From assembly GCA_944350335.1 (NCBI GenBank), contig CALVOQ010000001.1:1-45163 (forward strand): 45,163 bases of DNA, read 5' to 3'. The position numbers and the translations under genes are program-made. The DNA comes from an uncultured Bacilli bacterium (GTDB taxonomy: Bacteria > Bacillota_I > Bacilli_A > RF39 > UBA660). Below, one piece after another: positions 1 to 8,730 of the stretch (within the stretch, counting starts at the first letter, position 1; each line of letters begins with the position of its first letter). Under the pieces are notes generated by a model that was not told where the DNA came from, did no database searches, and saw only the letters and a program-made list of their open reading frames with translations.

Positions 1-46
1 TGGAAGTGGCGGAGGTTTTTAATTTTACCTTTGCTGGAGGTAATAT

Positions 47-2863
47 ATGGATAACAATGAAAATTTAACTCCTGAAGAACTCGAAATGTTGCAAAATGAA
101 GAGGCTCAGCAAAAAACTGGGCCTAATTTGCATGATAGAATGACTGGTGCAAGAAATGCGTACAACAATTTACAAAAGGTTTCACGTTTTTTTGGTAAGA
201 CTGGTTTGGCTGGGAATGGTGCACAAGCAGCAACTAAAATGGTAGTTCGTGCTATTCTTAGCATTTTGCCAATTATTGGGACGATTTTACTGATTGTGTT
301 AGGTATTGCTTTGGTTGGTGTAATAATTGCGTCGATATACTATAGTATCGTTAATCCTATATCAACTAAATATTCTGTAGATGAAGAAGCAATTGTTAAT
401 GAATATGACAATAATGATATAAAAGATGATGCTAAAGATGAAAACGGGAATTTATTATCTGATTCATCTGTGGGTGGAATAAGAAATATATTAAAGACAG
501 ACGATATGGTCATGGATGAACTGTTTGGAGATGTTCCATCAAATAAACTAACTATTTTTGAAGAAATTAATGCTAGGTTTTATGAATGGTTTGGTGTTTT
601 ATTTGGTGGAAAATATAGTGGACCATTAATAAACAAAATTATTGAAATTAACTTAGAAAAAAAATTGAACGAAATGGGTATTGAAGGCGAATTAGATAAG
701 ATGGAGGATTACGAAAAGGAAAAACTTCCTTTAGGTGCATTGATAACAACGTTTTCTTATGCTTATTCTAGTCAATATTTAAGTAGTGAAGGAAATCAAT
801 ATGAAGATGTAATCAAAAATGAGGACGGAGAAACTGAAGAAATATTGGTAGATAGAATTAATCCTACCACACCAATTTCGATGATCGCAGCTTTATTTGA
901 ACAAAAGATTTTAACATTGAAAAATCCTGATGATATTGGGGATTTGTTAGATCATATGGTTTTCCACGAATTTTACCCAACCTATTCTTGGCAAGAAATT
1001 AATAAAGTACCTCGTAAGGATGAGGCTGGTAATATAATTTCTTATACAATTTACATGGGTTGTGTACAATCTGATAACGAAAGTTATGATCTCGATTATT
1101 ATAAATATTATTTATATTTGAGATATGGAGCATATGTATCTGGGTTTGCAGTTAATGAAAACTCTAATGAATATGAAGCTCCTTATAGTAGCAGTGGCGC
1201 TACTCAGTTTTTGTGGGGAAAAACTGATGTTACAAATTATAAAGAAGATTCTAATCATACTGTTGCTTTTGGGTATGAATACTTTAAAAATTTAGATAAT
1301 GCATATCGTACTAGTTCGGAAGAATGTAGATTAAAGACGGTGGCAGAAAAATCATTAGAAGATTTGCAAAACGAAGCTAACAAAGCTGTTGCAAATGGCG
1401 AAACTGATATACCAACGTCTTATTATATGTTGCAGGGTGAGTCAAATAATTCTGTAGATACTGCAAATAACTTTTTTAAAAAACATGATGTAACTGATGG
1501 AAATTCGGTTACAAATCTAAATCATGAAATTTTTTCTGGTTTTTCTAAGTATGATGAAAAAGCAGATATATATAGTACTGGTGGAACGGCACCAAAAGTT
1601 AAAATTGATAACTCTGTTCCTAGTGAGGATGAAAGTTTTGTGGTTAATGCTGCAAATGGTGAAGAATACGAATATGAACATGGTTGGATTTATAATAGGT
1701 ATCCTTTTTATCGAGAAGAATTTCAAGTAGAGGAAAATGACCCATATGAATATGATGAGGTAAGTACTCCAAAAACGATTGAGAGACAAATAAGTGACAT
1801 TGCTTCATATAAAGACATTTTTAATTCCGTGTTAGGATATGAGAATAAGTATGTTTCTAAAATTTGGTCTAACACATTTAATTCCGATGGTAGCGAATCC
1901 TTTCCATTACCCGTGGGGCAATATAAGATTACTTCTTGTGTAGGTGAAAGAGTTATCGATGGAGAATTTGATAATCATGGTGGAATAGATATTGCTGTTG
2001 CTAGAGATACAGCAGTATATGCTTGGAAAAGTGGAACAGTAGTTAGAACTAATAATTCTTGTGGTGAGGGTTATTATGGCAGTGAATGTGGTGGAGGATA
2101 TGGTAACTTTGTGGTAATTGACCATGGTGAAATTGATGGTGAAAAGCAATATAGTTTGTATGCTCATTTAAAAAGTGTTTCTGTAGTGTCCAAAAGTCAG
2201 GTGAGCGCTGGTCAACAAATTGGGGTAAGTGGAAATTCAGGAAGTAGTACTGGGCCACATTTACATTTTGAAATTAGAACTGGCGGAACAGTGTGGAGTA
2301 ATTCAACTAAACAGGACCCATACCCAACTTTAGCTGAAATTGTTGGTGGTGAAAATTTACCTGATGTGTGTGTAGAAGGTACAATATTTAATGTAGAATC
2401 TACTTTAATGGATGGAAACATAAGTAGAGATGAAAGTAAAAAACAATTATGTCAATTGTTGGTAAATCACTTTTCTCAAAATGGCGCAATTGCATTAATG
2501 GCCAATGCTGCTCATGAAAGTAGTTATGATATTGGTGCTTTAGGTGATTCTGGAACTAGTTATGGATTATTCCAATGGCATAATACTAGAATGGATAATT
2601 TAAAAGCTACCTTTCCTAATTCATATAATACTGTGCAATCTCAATTTGAATTTCTATTAATTGAATTAGATGATTATTCGTCATTAAATGAGAGATTAGT
2701 AGAAGGAAACAAGTCTTCTGAAGAGTTAGCATATGATTTTTGTTATGAATTTGAACGCCCAAAAAATAAAGAAATTAGTTGTGAAAATAGAATGGTATCT
2801 TATAAATATGTAGATGCTAAAAATTACGTCGAAAATGGATGCCAATCCAAGGAGAAAAAATGA
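47..2863 (+). CDS. Membrane-anchored bifunctional peptidoglycan hydrolase (M23/LytM peptidase + phage-tail-lysozyme-like domain); PrgK/VirB1-type T4SS wall hydrolase candidate
   Basis: 938-aa ORF with GGAGG about 7 nt upstream of ATG47. One TM helix at about aa 64-100 (VVRAILSILPIIGTILLIVLGIALVGVIIASIYY). M23 motifs HGGIDIA (His at nt 1976) and GPHLHFEIR (nt 2258). C-terminal ~140 aa (NAAHESSYDIGALGDSGTSYGLFQWHNTRMDNL) resembles the phage tail lysozyme family. Same operon as a VirD4-like ATPase. Confidence 0.8.
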   Translation: MDNNENLTPEELEMLQNEEAQQKTGPNLHDRMTGARNAYNNLQKVSRFFGKTGLAGNGAQAATKMVVRAILSILPIIGTILLIVLGIALVGVIIASIYYSIVNPISTKYSVDEEAIVNEYDNNDIKDDAKDENGNLLSDSSVGGIRNILKTDDMVMDELFGDVPSNKLTIFEEINARFYEWFGVLFGGKYSGPLINKIIEINLEKKLNEMGIEGELDKMEDYEKEKLPLGALITTFSYAYSSQYLSSEGNQYEDVIKNEDGETEEILVDRINPTTPISMIAALFEQKILTLKNPDDIGDLLDHMVFHEFYPTYSWQEINKVPRKDEAGNIISYTIYMGCVQSDNESYDLDYYKYYLYLRYGAYVSGFAVNENSNEYEAPYSSSGATQFLWGKTDVTNYKEDSNHTVAFGYEYFKNLDNAYRTSSEECRLKTVAEKSLEDLQNEANKAVANGETDIPTSYYMLQGESNNSVDTANNFFKKHDVTDGNSVTNLNHEIFSGFSKYDEKADIYSTGGTAPKVKIDNSVPSEDESFVVNAANGEEYEYEHGWIYNRYPFYREEFQVEENDPYEYDEVSTPKTIERQISDIASYKDIFNSVLGYENKYVSKIWSNTFNSDGSESFPLPVGQYKITSCVGERVIDGEFDNHGGIDIAVARDTAVYAWKSGTVVRTNNSCGEGYYGSECGGGYGNFVVIDHGEIDGEKQYSLYAHLKSVSVVSKSQVSAGQQIGVSGNSGSSTGPHLHFEIRTGGTVWSNSTKQDPYPTLAEIVGGENLPDVCVEGTIFNVESTLMDGNISRDESKKQLCQLLVNHFSQNGAIALMANAAHESSYDIGALGDSGTSYGLFQWHNTRMDNLKATFPNSYNTVQSQFEFLLIELDDYSSLNERLVEGNKSSEELAYDFCYEFERPKNKEISCENRMVSYKYVDAKNYVENGCQSKEKK

Positions 2864-3495
2864 AAAGGTATATAATCTTGTTGATAAGTTTGTTTATTTT
2901 GAATGGTTGTGATGTAAAATACAATTTGTCGTATAAGGATAATATTTTTACTGAAGATTTGACAATTAATAATTATACAGTTGAAGATGATTTTTTGTTT
3001 CTTATAGAACACTATGCAAATGATCCTATTTATAGCGATGTTAATGACAAAGTTTTAACAAGTAAAAAAATTTCTAAGAAAACTGATAATGTCTATAATT
3101 TGGAGTTTAAATCAATTTATGAAAATGAACCATACGAAAATTCTGTAGCTTTTTCTGAATGCTTTCAGTATCACACCTTTAATGAAACTGATGACAAATT
3201 GTATATTTCGGTTTATGGTGATTATTATTGTGATGAATTTGAAGAATTACAGGTAGTTTTTAATACTGATAAAAAAATTAATTTTAGTAATGCACATGAT
3301 AGTTATAGTACAAGATTAATTTGGAATTTTAATAAAGAAGATAAAATAGATATTGAACTTGAAATTGATAAAAATATTAATATAATCAATTATAAATTAA
3401 TTATAATATTGATAACTATTGTTTTAATGATAATTGTCATTTCTGTAGTTATATATAAGGTTTTATTAATTCGGAAAAGGGAGATGAAAGTGTAA
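2860..3495 (+). CDS. Lipoprotein with C-terminal TM anchor (paralogue 1)
   Basis: AAGGAG at 2849-2854. ATG2860 overlaps the upstream stop (ATGA). Lipobox LFILNG-C followed by DVKYNLSYK. Hydrophobic C-terminal segment LIIILITIVLMIIVISVVIY followed by KVLLIRKR. The ORF-track start at 2839 has no SD and precedes the signal peptide. Confidence 0.7.
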   Translation: MKRYIILLISLFILNGCDVKYNLSYKDNIFTEDLTINNYTVEDDFLFLIEHYANDPIYSDVNDKVLTSKKISKKTDNVYNLEFKSIYENEPYENSVAFSECFQYHTFNETDDKLYISVYGDYYCDEFEELQVVFNTDKKINFSNAHDSYSTRLIWNFNKEDKIDIELEIDKNINIINYKLIIILITIVLMIIVISVVIYKVLLIRKREMKV

Positions 3496-3496
3496 A

Positions 3497-4204
3497 ATGA
3501 AAAAGTGTGTAATACTATTATTCGTTATTTTTATGCTAACTGGTTGTGACGTAAAGTACGAGCTTTATTATAAAAATGCTGACAAAGTGTTGGAAAATGT
3601 TGAAGTTAGTTTTGTAAATTCAAATGCTTTATTATATGCTGATTCTATAGAAGATTATGCTAGCGATATGTTTTATGGATGGAAAAGTTCTTATAATTTA
3701 AAAAATTATAAGTATAGATTAAGTTTAGGAAAAGATATTTCGTCAATAAATGTGAGTAAAACGCATAACTCTTTAGAGTCTGTACTTCAAAATAATGCAT
3801 TCTCTTCTTTTTTTAAAAATACAAATGTTTATGCTCAAGGGGATAGCACAGTATTGGTATTTTCTGAATATGTGTATGCGATAAAAAATGATGGGGAAGA
3901 AATCTATTTAGAAAGCGATGAAGAAAGTAGTAATCTTTATGTAACAGTAAAAAGTAATTACAAATTAGAGTCAAATGCTGATGAAAAAAATGAAGTCACA
4001 GGAATACATAAATGGGTTTTTACTCCAGAGGATATTGATAAGACTTTGAGAATTTCATTTAGTGATGATTTTAATTTTACAGCTTATCTATATAATTTAA
4101 ATTCTATAGTTTGGGTTGTGTTAGCTTTGGTTATCGCTGGTGTTGTAATACTTATTGTGTATATGATAATTAAGAAAAAAAGTATTAATGTAAATAAATT
4201 ATGA
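3497..4204 (+). CDS. Lipoprotein with C-terminal TM anchor (paralogue 2)
   Basis: Starts 1 nt after the upstream stop. Lipobox FMLTG-C followed by DVKYELYYK, the same post-Cys motif as the neighbour. C-terminal TM VWVVLALVIAGVVILIVYMII followed by KKK. Confidence 0.7.
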   Translation: MKKCVILLFVIFMLTGCDVKYELYYKNADKVLENVEVSFVNSNALLYADSIEDYASDMFYGWKSSYNLKNYKYRLSLGKDISSINVSKTHNSLESVLQNNAFSSFFKNTNVYAQGDSTVLVFSEYVYAIKNDGEEIYLESDEESSNLYVTVKSNYKLESNADEKNEVTGIHKWVFTPEDIDKTLRISFSDDFNFTAYLYNLNSIVWVVLALVIAGVVILIVYMIIKKKSINVNKL

Positions 4205-4233
4205 TTGTTCATATTTTTATGTCGTGATATAAT
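4205..4233 (+). promoter_or_regulatory. Sigma-A-type promoter candidate for the coupling-protein gene
   Basis: TTGTTC (4205-4210), 17-nt spacer, TATAAT (4228-4233) with TG at -15/-14 (gTGaTATAAT). Such matches are common in AT-rich DNA. Confidence 0.5.
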
Positions 4234-4253
4234 ATTTTTGTGAGGTGTCTGTT

Positions 4254-6443
4254 ATGAAACTTAAGTTTAGAGCTAGTGTTAAGGATGTTGTAATTTTTGT
4301 TATTTTTTGCATATTTTTATTATATCTTGTGGCAATAGCTGTACTAAATTTACATTATTTTTCAAACTACGGATATTTTTATGGTTTAAATCCTTTTCCT
4401 GCTTTTAAATCGGATTTCATTGTTTCAACGTTAGTGTTTTATTTACTTGCTTTAGTTGGTGTTTTTATGAGCGTTTCTTCATATTTTTTTGATCGCGAAA
4501 AAGGTTTTGGTTATACGTCTAAAAAGAAAGAAGATTCTAAAGGTGGATGGGCAAAGTGGATGGAAACATCAGATATGAAAAAAGCCTATGATATAAAGAA
4601 AATCGATTTGTTTAGTAGCGAATATGATCATTCTGGTGTTCCAATTATTATAGAAGGAAAAAAGCAATATGGTTCAAAATTAAAAAAATGTAAGGCTTGG
4701 GTTGATGATGGTGAAAATCACACATTGATTATGGGGGCGAGTGGTAGCGGTAAGACCTGGGCAATACTTGATTCATTGGTAAAAATACTTGGAAGACGCG
4801 GAGAAAGCATGATTATAACTGATCCTAAAGGCGAGATTTATGAAAATAACGCTAATATGCTTAGAGAAAAAGGATATAAGGTTATTATTTTAAATTTCCG
4901 TGATCCGAAATATGGGGCCTGTTGGAATCCATTTAGTTATCCTTATAGATTATGGAAAGGGGGTAATCATGACAAAAGTCAAGAACTATTAGAGGACTTA
5001 GGTAACAATATTTTAATTGATCCAAATAATAAGTCTGAACCATTTTGGGAAAATAATGCAGCTGACTATTTTACTGGATTAGCACTGGGATTATTTGAAG
5101 ATGCTCAAGATGAGAGTCAAGTTAATTTGAATAGTATTAATCTTATGCATAGCGAAGGAGAAGATCGAATAGGCGCTAGTAGGTATATAAATGAATACTT
5201 TAAATTTAAAGATCCTTTAAGTGGAGCATATGTAAGTGCGAGTTCTACGATTAATGCTCCGGCGGATACTAGAGGTGGAGTTACATCTGTTTTTAAACAA
5301 AAGATTAGAATTTTTTCTTCGCGTGAAGAACTATCAAAAATGTTAAGTAGAAGTGATTTTGATCTAAGAGATATAGGAAGAGAAAAAACAGCTTTATTTA
5401 TAAAAATACATGATGAAAAAACCACGTATCATGCATTAGCAACTATTTTAGTAAAGCAAATATATGAAAGTTTAATTGAAGTAGCTCAAACAGAAGATGG
5501 TAACAAATTAAAAATAAGAACTAATTTCTTGTTGGATGAGTTTGCAAATATGCCAGCTTTAAAAGATGTTGAAAGCATGGTAACTGCGAGTCGTAGTAGA
5601 CGTATAAGGTTCACGTTTGTTATTCAAAACTTTAGTCAATTAAATAAAGTTTATGGTAAAGAAGTTGCCGAAACTATTAAAGGTAACTGTGGAAATATGA
5701 TTTATCTTATGACTACCGAATATCAGGCATTAGAGGAATTCAGTAAATTATGTGGAGATGTTGAACCTAAGGCTGATAAAGATAAGCCAACACCACCAGT
5801 AAGACCATTAGTATCTGTCAGTGATTTGCAACAAATGAAAAAATTTGAAATTATTGTTAAAAGATTTAGAAACCAGCCATTTAAAACTACATTGGTACCT
5901 TCATTTAACATAGATTGGGGAGAAGAATATGGTAAAAGTGGATATCCTGAAACTCAAATGGGTGATGTTAAAGTTTTTGATTTAAAATTATTTGTTGATA
6001 AAAAACGTGAAGACAATGGCATGGGGCAACCTTTTGCTCCTAATTCAATGAATTATGTTCCGCCATTTGCTTTTAATGAAAAAACATTCGGTTCTATGAG
6101 AGAAAAAGATAGTTTAAAACCATCGATAAATGTGGATGAACTGGTTAAAAAGATTGATGCTAAAATCGCGGAGTTAGAAGAACAAGAAGAAAAAGAGAAA
6201 GAATTAGAAAGTCAAACGAATAAGGAATTGGCTAATACATCAATTATTAATCAAAATAAAGATTCGTCTAAGAAAATTGATGATAAATTATTAGATAAGA
6301 AGGTTGAACAGGAAGAAAAAAAATTAATGGAACAACCTAAAATAGAAAAACCTAATATAAATGTAGATGAAGATAGTATTGTTATAAATGATAATGTTAT
6401 TGATGATGAATTTTTTGATGATTTTTTTGATGACGAATTATAG
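4254..6443 (+). CDS. Type IV secretion coupling protein (VirD4/TraG/PcfC-type ATPase)
   Basis: GAGG 8 nt upstream of ATG4254 (the track start GTG4245 lies inside the SD). Two N-terminal TM helices. Walker A GASGSGKTW (about 4734-4757). T4CP-typical DPKGEIY and CWNPFSYP. Walker B FLLDEFANMP (about 5527-5550). RSRRIRFTFVIQNFSQLNKVYG motif. Low-complexity E/K-rich C-terminal tail. Confidence 0.85.
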   Translation: MKLKFRASVKDVVIFVIFCIFLLYLVAIAVLNLHYFSNYGYFYGLNPFPAFKSDFIVSTLVFYLLALVGVFMSVSSYFFDREKGFGYTSKKKEDSKGGWAKWMETSDMKKAYDIKKIDLFSSEYDHSGVPIIIEGKKQYGSKLKKCKAWVDDGENHTLIMGASGSGKTWAILDSLVKILGRRGESMIITDPKGEIYENNANMLREKGYKVIILNFRDPKYGACWNPFSYPYRLWKGGNHDKSQELLEDLGNNILIDPNNKSEPFWENNAADYFTGLALGLFEDAQDESQVNLNSINLMHSEGEDRIGASRYINEYFKFKDPLSGAYVSASSTINAPADTRGGVTSVFKQKIRIFSSREELSKMLSRSDFDLRDIGREKTALFIKIHDEKTTYHALATILVKQIYESLIEVAQTEDGNKLKIRTNFLLDEFANMPALKDVESMVTASRSRRIRFTFVIQNFSQLNKVYGKEVAETIKGNCGNMIYLMTTEYQALEEFSKLCGDVEPKADKDKPTPPVRPLVSVSDLQQMKKFEIIVKRFRNQPFKTTLVPSFNIDWGEEYGKSGYPETQMGDVKVFDLKLFVDKKREDNGMGQPFAPNSMNYVPPFAFNEKTFGSMREKDSLKPSINVDELVKKIDAKIAELEEQEEKEKELESQTNKELANTSIINQNKDSSKKIDDKLLDKKVEQEEKKLMEQPKIEKPNINVDEDSIVINDNVIDDEFFDDFFDDEL

Positions 6444-6461
6444 TAAAGGAAAAAAGAAACT

Positions 6462-7769
6462 ATGGAAATATTAAAGGAAATAATTAATAAAACATTAGAA
6501 GGATTTCAAAATTTTTTTAAAAACGTTGGTAAGGAAGTTAGTAAGAGTCGCCAGGTGTTAGTAAAAATATTTGTAATAGTTGCGCCTATAGTGATTGTTA
6601 TAATAATAATTAATTTGATAATTACTGGTGTGAGAAATGGAAATTGTTATGATGTTAGAAACGAATTATCTGATTACGTGGATTCATATGCTATGAGTAA
6701 TAACTTATTACCAACTTTAAATGGTGATAGTGTTGAAATCGACCTTGATAATGTTAAAAAGGTAACTTTTAAAGACAATGTATGTACTGGAATTGTTAAA
6801 ATAACTAAAGTAAATGATAGTTATATTAAAACATTTTATTTAGAAAATTGTAGTTACTGTTCTGCGACCGAGTTCACAAATGAAACTGATAATTATGATG
6901 ATAGTGCAAATGCAGAAGTTGTTGTGTATATTAATTATTATAATGTGACTAATAATAATTCTAGGTGGAGTGATTATATACCTTTTGAAAGTATAAGCAC
7001 TGAAGAAACTGATGGAGTTTTATTGCCAACAGATACGAGTCTTTTGCCTCAAATTAGCGAGGAAGCAATTATAACTGAAATAATAAAAGAAGACAAAGTA
7101 TTTTATAGTTATAGAGATAAAAGATGGCTATGGTATAGATATAACAATAATGATTATAGTGATTTTAGTAGCGAGAGACCAGAGGGTTATTCTACAAAAG
7201 ATTCTAGAACAGAAACTCGTACTGAATATAGTGTTTGGAGTATAGATTATCCAGAAGTCAAAGATTATAGAGTTATTTCCTCTAGTACCGGATATAGATG
7301 GTATAAGGAAGATGAGTACGGTAATATAACATGGTGGAATAACGGAGAATACTATCCCGTTGAACCTGGTGACGATTATTATAAAGATAATGATAGCAGA
7401 ATAACAATGTATAGATATTATGATAAAATGTGGAAATGGTATAATGGAACTGCACGAGGATACGCTTCTAGTCAATCTTCTACACCACCAAGTAAATCAT
7501 ATCAATACAAAGACGAAGATATGACGAGTTATTCTAGATGGTCTAGTTATAAAACTTATTCTAGTCTTGATAGTAGCAATTCTTCATATAGAGAAGAAAT
7601 AACAAATGTTCATTCTAGATATATGATTAAATATAAAATACGATCATTTTTGGTTTTAGATGAAGCACTTGAAAGAAGCGAATTTGAATCAACGGTTGGT
7701 AGAACATTAGAAGAAATGTATGAGGATGAAACTATTGATTTGGAAATAACATTTAAATATAAATATTGA
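6462..7769 (+). CDS. Type II membrane protein with Cys-containing N-terminal ectodomain and Trp/Tyr/Arg-rich degenerate repeats; function unknown
   Basis: 435-aa ORF 18 nt after the T4CP stop, with AAGGAAAAAAG upstream. TM VKIFVIVAPIVIVIIIINLIITGV. Five Cys within aa ~61-133. Repeated aromatic motifs YSYRDKRWLWYRY, TGYRWYKEDEYGNITWW, MYRYYDKMWKWYNG, YSRWSSYKTY. Confidence 0.7.
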   Translation: MEILKEIINKTLEGFQNFFKNVGKEVSKSRQVLVKIFVIVAPIVIVIIIINLIITGVRNGNCYDVRNELSDYVDSYAMSNNLLPTLNGDSVEIDLDNVKKVTFKDNVCTGIVKITKVNDSYIKTFYLENCSYCSATEFTNETDNYDDSANAEVVVYINYYNVTNNNSRWSDYIPFESISTEETDGVLLPTDTSLLPQISEEAIITEIIKEDKVFYSYRDKRWLWYRYNNNDYSDFSSERPEGYSTKDSRTETRTEYSVWSIDYPEVKDYRVISSSTGYRWYKEDEYGNITWWNNGEYYPVEPGDDYYKDNDSRITMYRYYDKMWKWYNGTARGYASSQSSTPPSKSYQYKDEDMTSYSRWSSYKTYSSLDSSNSSYREEITNVHSRYMIKYKIRSFLVLDEALERSEFESTVGRTLEEMYEDETIDLEITFKYKY

Positions 7770-7791
7770 ATAGTGAATAACTATTCTTTTT
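7768..7791 (+). terminator. Rho-independent terminator closing the T4SS operon
   Basis: GAATAGT (7768-7774) pairs with ACTATTC (7780-7786), 5-nt loop, then TTTTT (7787-7791). Overlaps the TGA stop. Confidence 0.65.
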
Positions 7792-7839
7792 AATTATCTC
7801 GAAATATGTATTTTACATAAAATATATTGGGTGTAAAAA

Positions 7840-8097
7840 ATGATAAAAGAAAAATATTGCTATATAAAAAATAAAAGAAATATTATAATTATTGATATTC
7901 AAGATAAATATGAATATAGTAAATGGCATTTACCTAATTCAATTAATATTCCTTATGATGAATTAATCAATAATTATAGATTATATTTAAATAAAAATAA
8001 TATTTATTATATTTACTGTAAAAGTGGTAAATTAAGCAAGAGATTAGTAGTAGTTTTGAATTATTTGGGGTATAATACTATTATGTTAGAAAGTTAG
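7840..8097 (+). CDS. Single-domain rhodanese-like protein
   Basis: 85 aa. IIIDIQDKYEYSKWHLPNSINIPY plus the active-site-like loop YCKSGKLSKR is typical of small rhodanese domains. Confidence 0.65.
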   Translation: MIKEKYCYIKNKRNIIIIDIQDKYEYSKWHLPNSINIPYDELINNYRLYLNKNNIYYIYCKSGKLSKRLVVVLNYLGYNTIMLES

Positions 8098-8104
8098 TGA
8101 TATA

Positions 8105-8686
8105 ATGGATTTATTCTCTAAAATTGAACAATTGATATTAAATGTACTAAGCTTATTAGGTGTTTGGGGGCCAATACTTGGGTGTTTTTTTATAGTTGTT
8201 GAATCAATAATACCTATATTACCTCTTGCTGTTTTTATAACTTTAAATTTTATGAGTTTTGGGCATTTTATTGGATTTATAATATCTTGGATCTTTACTT
8301 TAATTGGTTGTGTCATATCATTCTTTATTTTTAGAAAAGGTTTTTATAAGAGATTTAAAAGGTTTACAGATTCAAAGGGTAAATTAAAAAAGTTTATGAA
8401 AGCAATTAGTAATATAACATTAGGCCAGTTGGTTGTTTTAACTGCTATTCCTTTTACTCCTGCTTTTGCAGTAAATATAGCGGCTGGACTAAGTAATATT
8501 AGTTTTAAAAAATATTTTGTTGGTATTTTTTTGGGCAAAATATCTTTAGTGTATTTTTGGGGATATATAGGTACAAGTTTAGTTGAAAGTTTAAAAAATC
8601 CAATTATATTGGTAAGAATATTTTTTGTTGTATTAGTTATGTATATTATTTCTCAATTTGTTAATAAAAAAGTTAATTTAGAATAG
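8105..8686 (+). CDS. TVP38/TMEM64 (DedA-related, SNARE-associated) family membrane protein
   Basis: 193 aa, polytopic. VVESIIPILPLAVFITLNF and later PFTPAFAVNIAAGLSNISFKKYF resemble the TVP38/YdjX family. Confidence 0.65.
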   Translation: MDLFSKIEQLILNVLSLLGVWGPILGCFFIVVESIIPILPLAVFITLNFMSFGHFIGFIISWIFTLIGCVISFFIFRKGFYKRFKRFTDSKGKLKKFMKAISNITLGQLVVLTAIPFTPAFAVNIAAGLSNISFKKYFVGIFLGKISLVYFWGYIGTSLVESLKNPIILVRIFFVVLVMYIISQFVNKKVNLE

Positions 8687-8713
8687 ACAAAAATATTTGT
8701 TTGGTGTTACAAT
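8684..8713 (+). promoter_or_regulatory. Promoter candidate for rmuC
   Basis: TAGACA (8684-8689), 18-nt spacer, TACAAT (8708-8713) preceded by TGt (extended -10). Confidence 0.4.
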
Positions 8714-8730
8714 GTATATAGGTGAAATAT

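Noticed and set aside
1-22. Possible 3' end of an upstream gene (frame 2: GSGGGF then a stop at 20-22).
   Set aside because: Seven codons are too few to support a feature. It is noted only because an upstream T4SS gene probably ends here.
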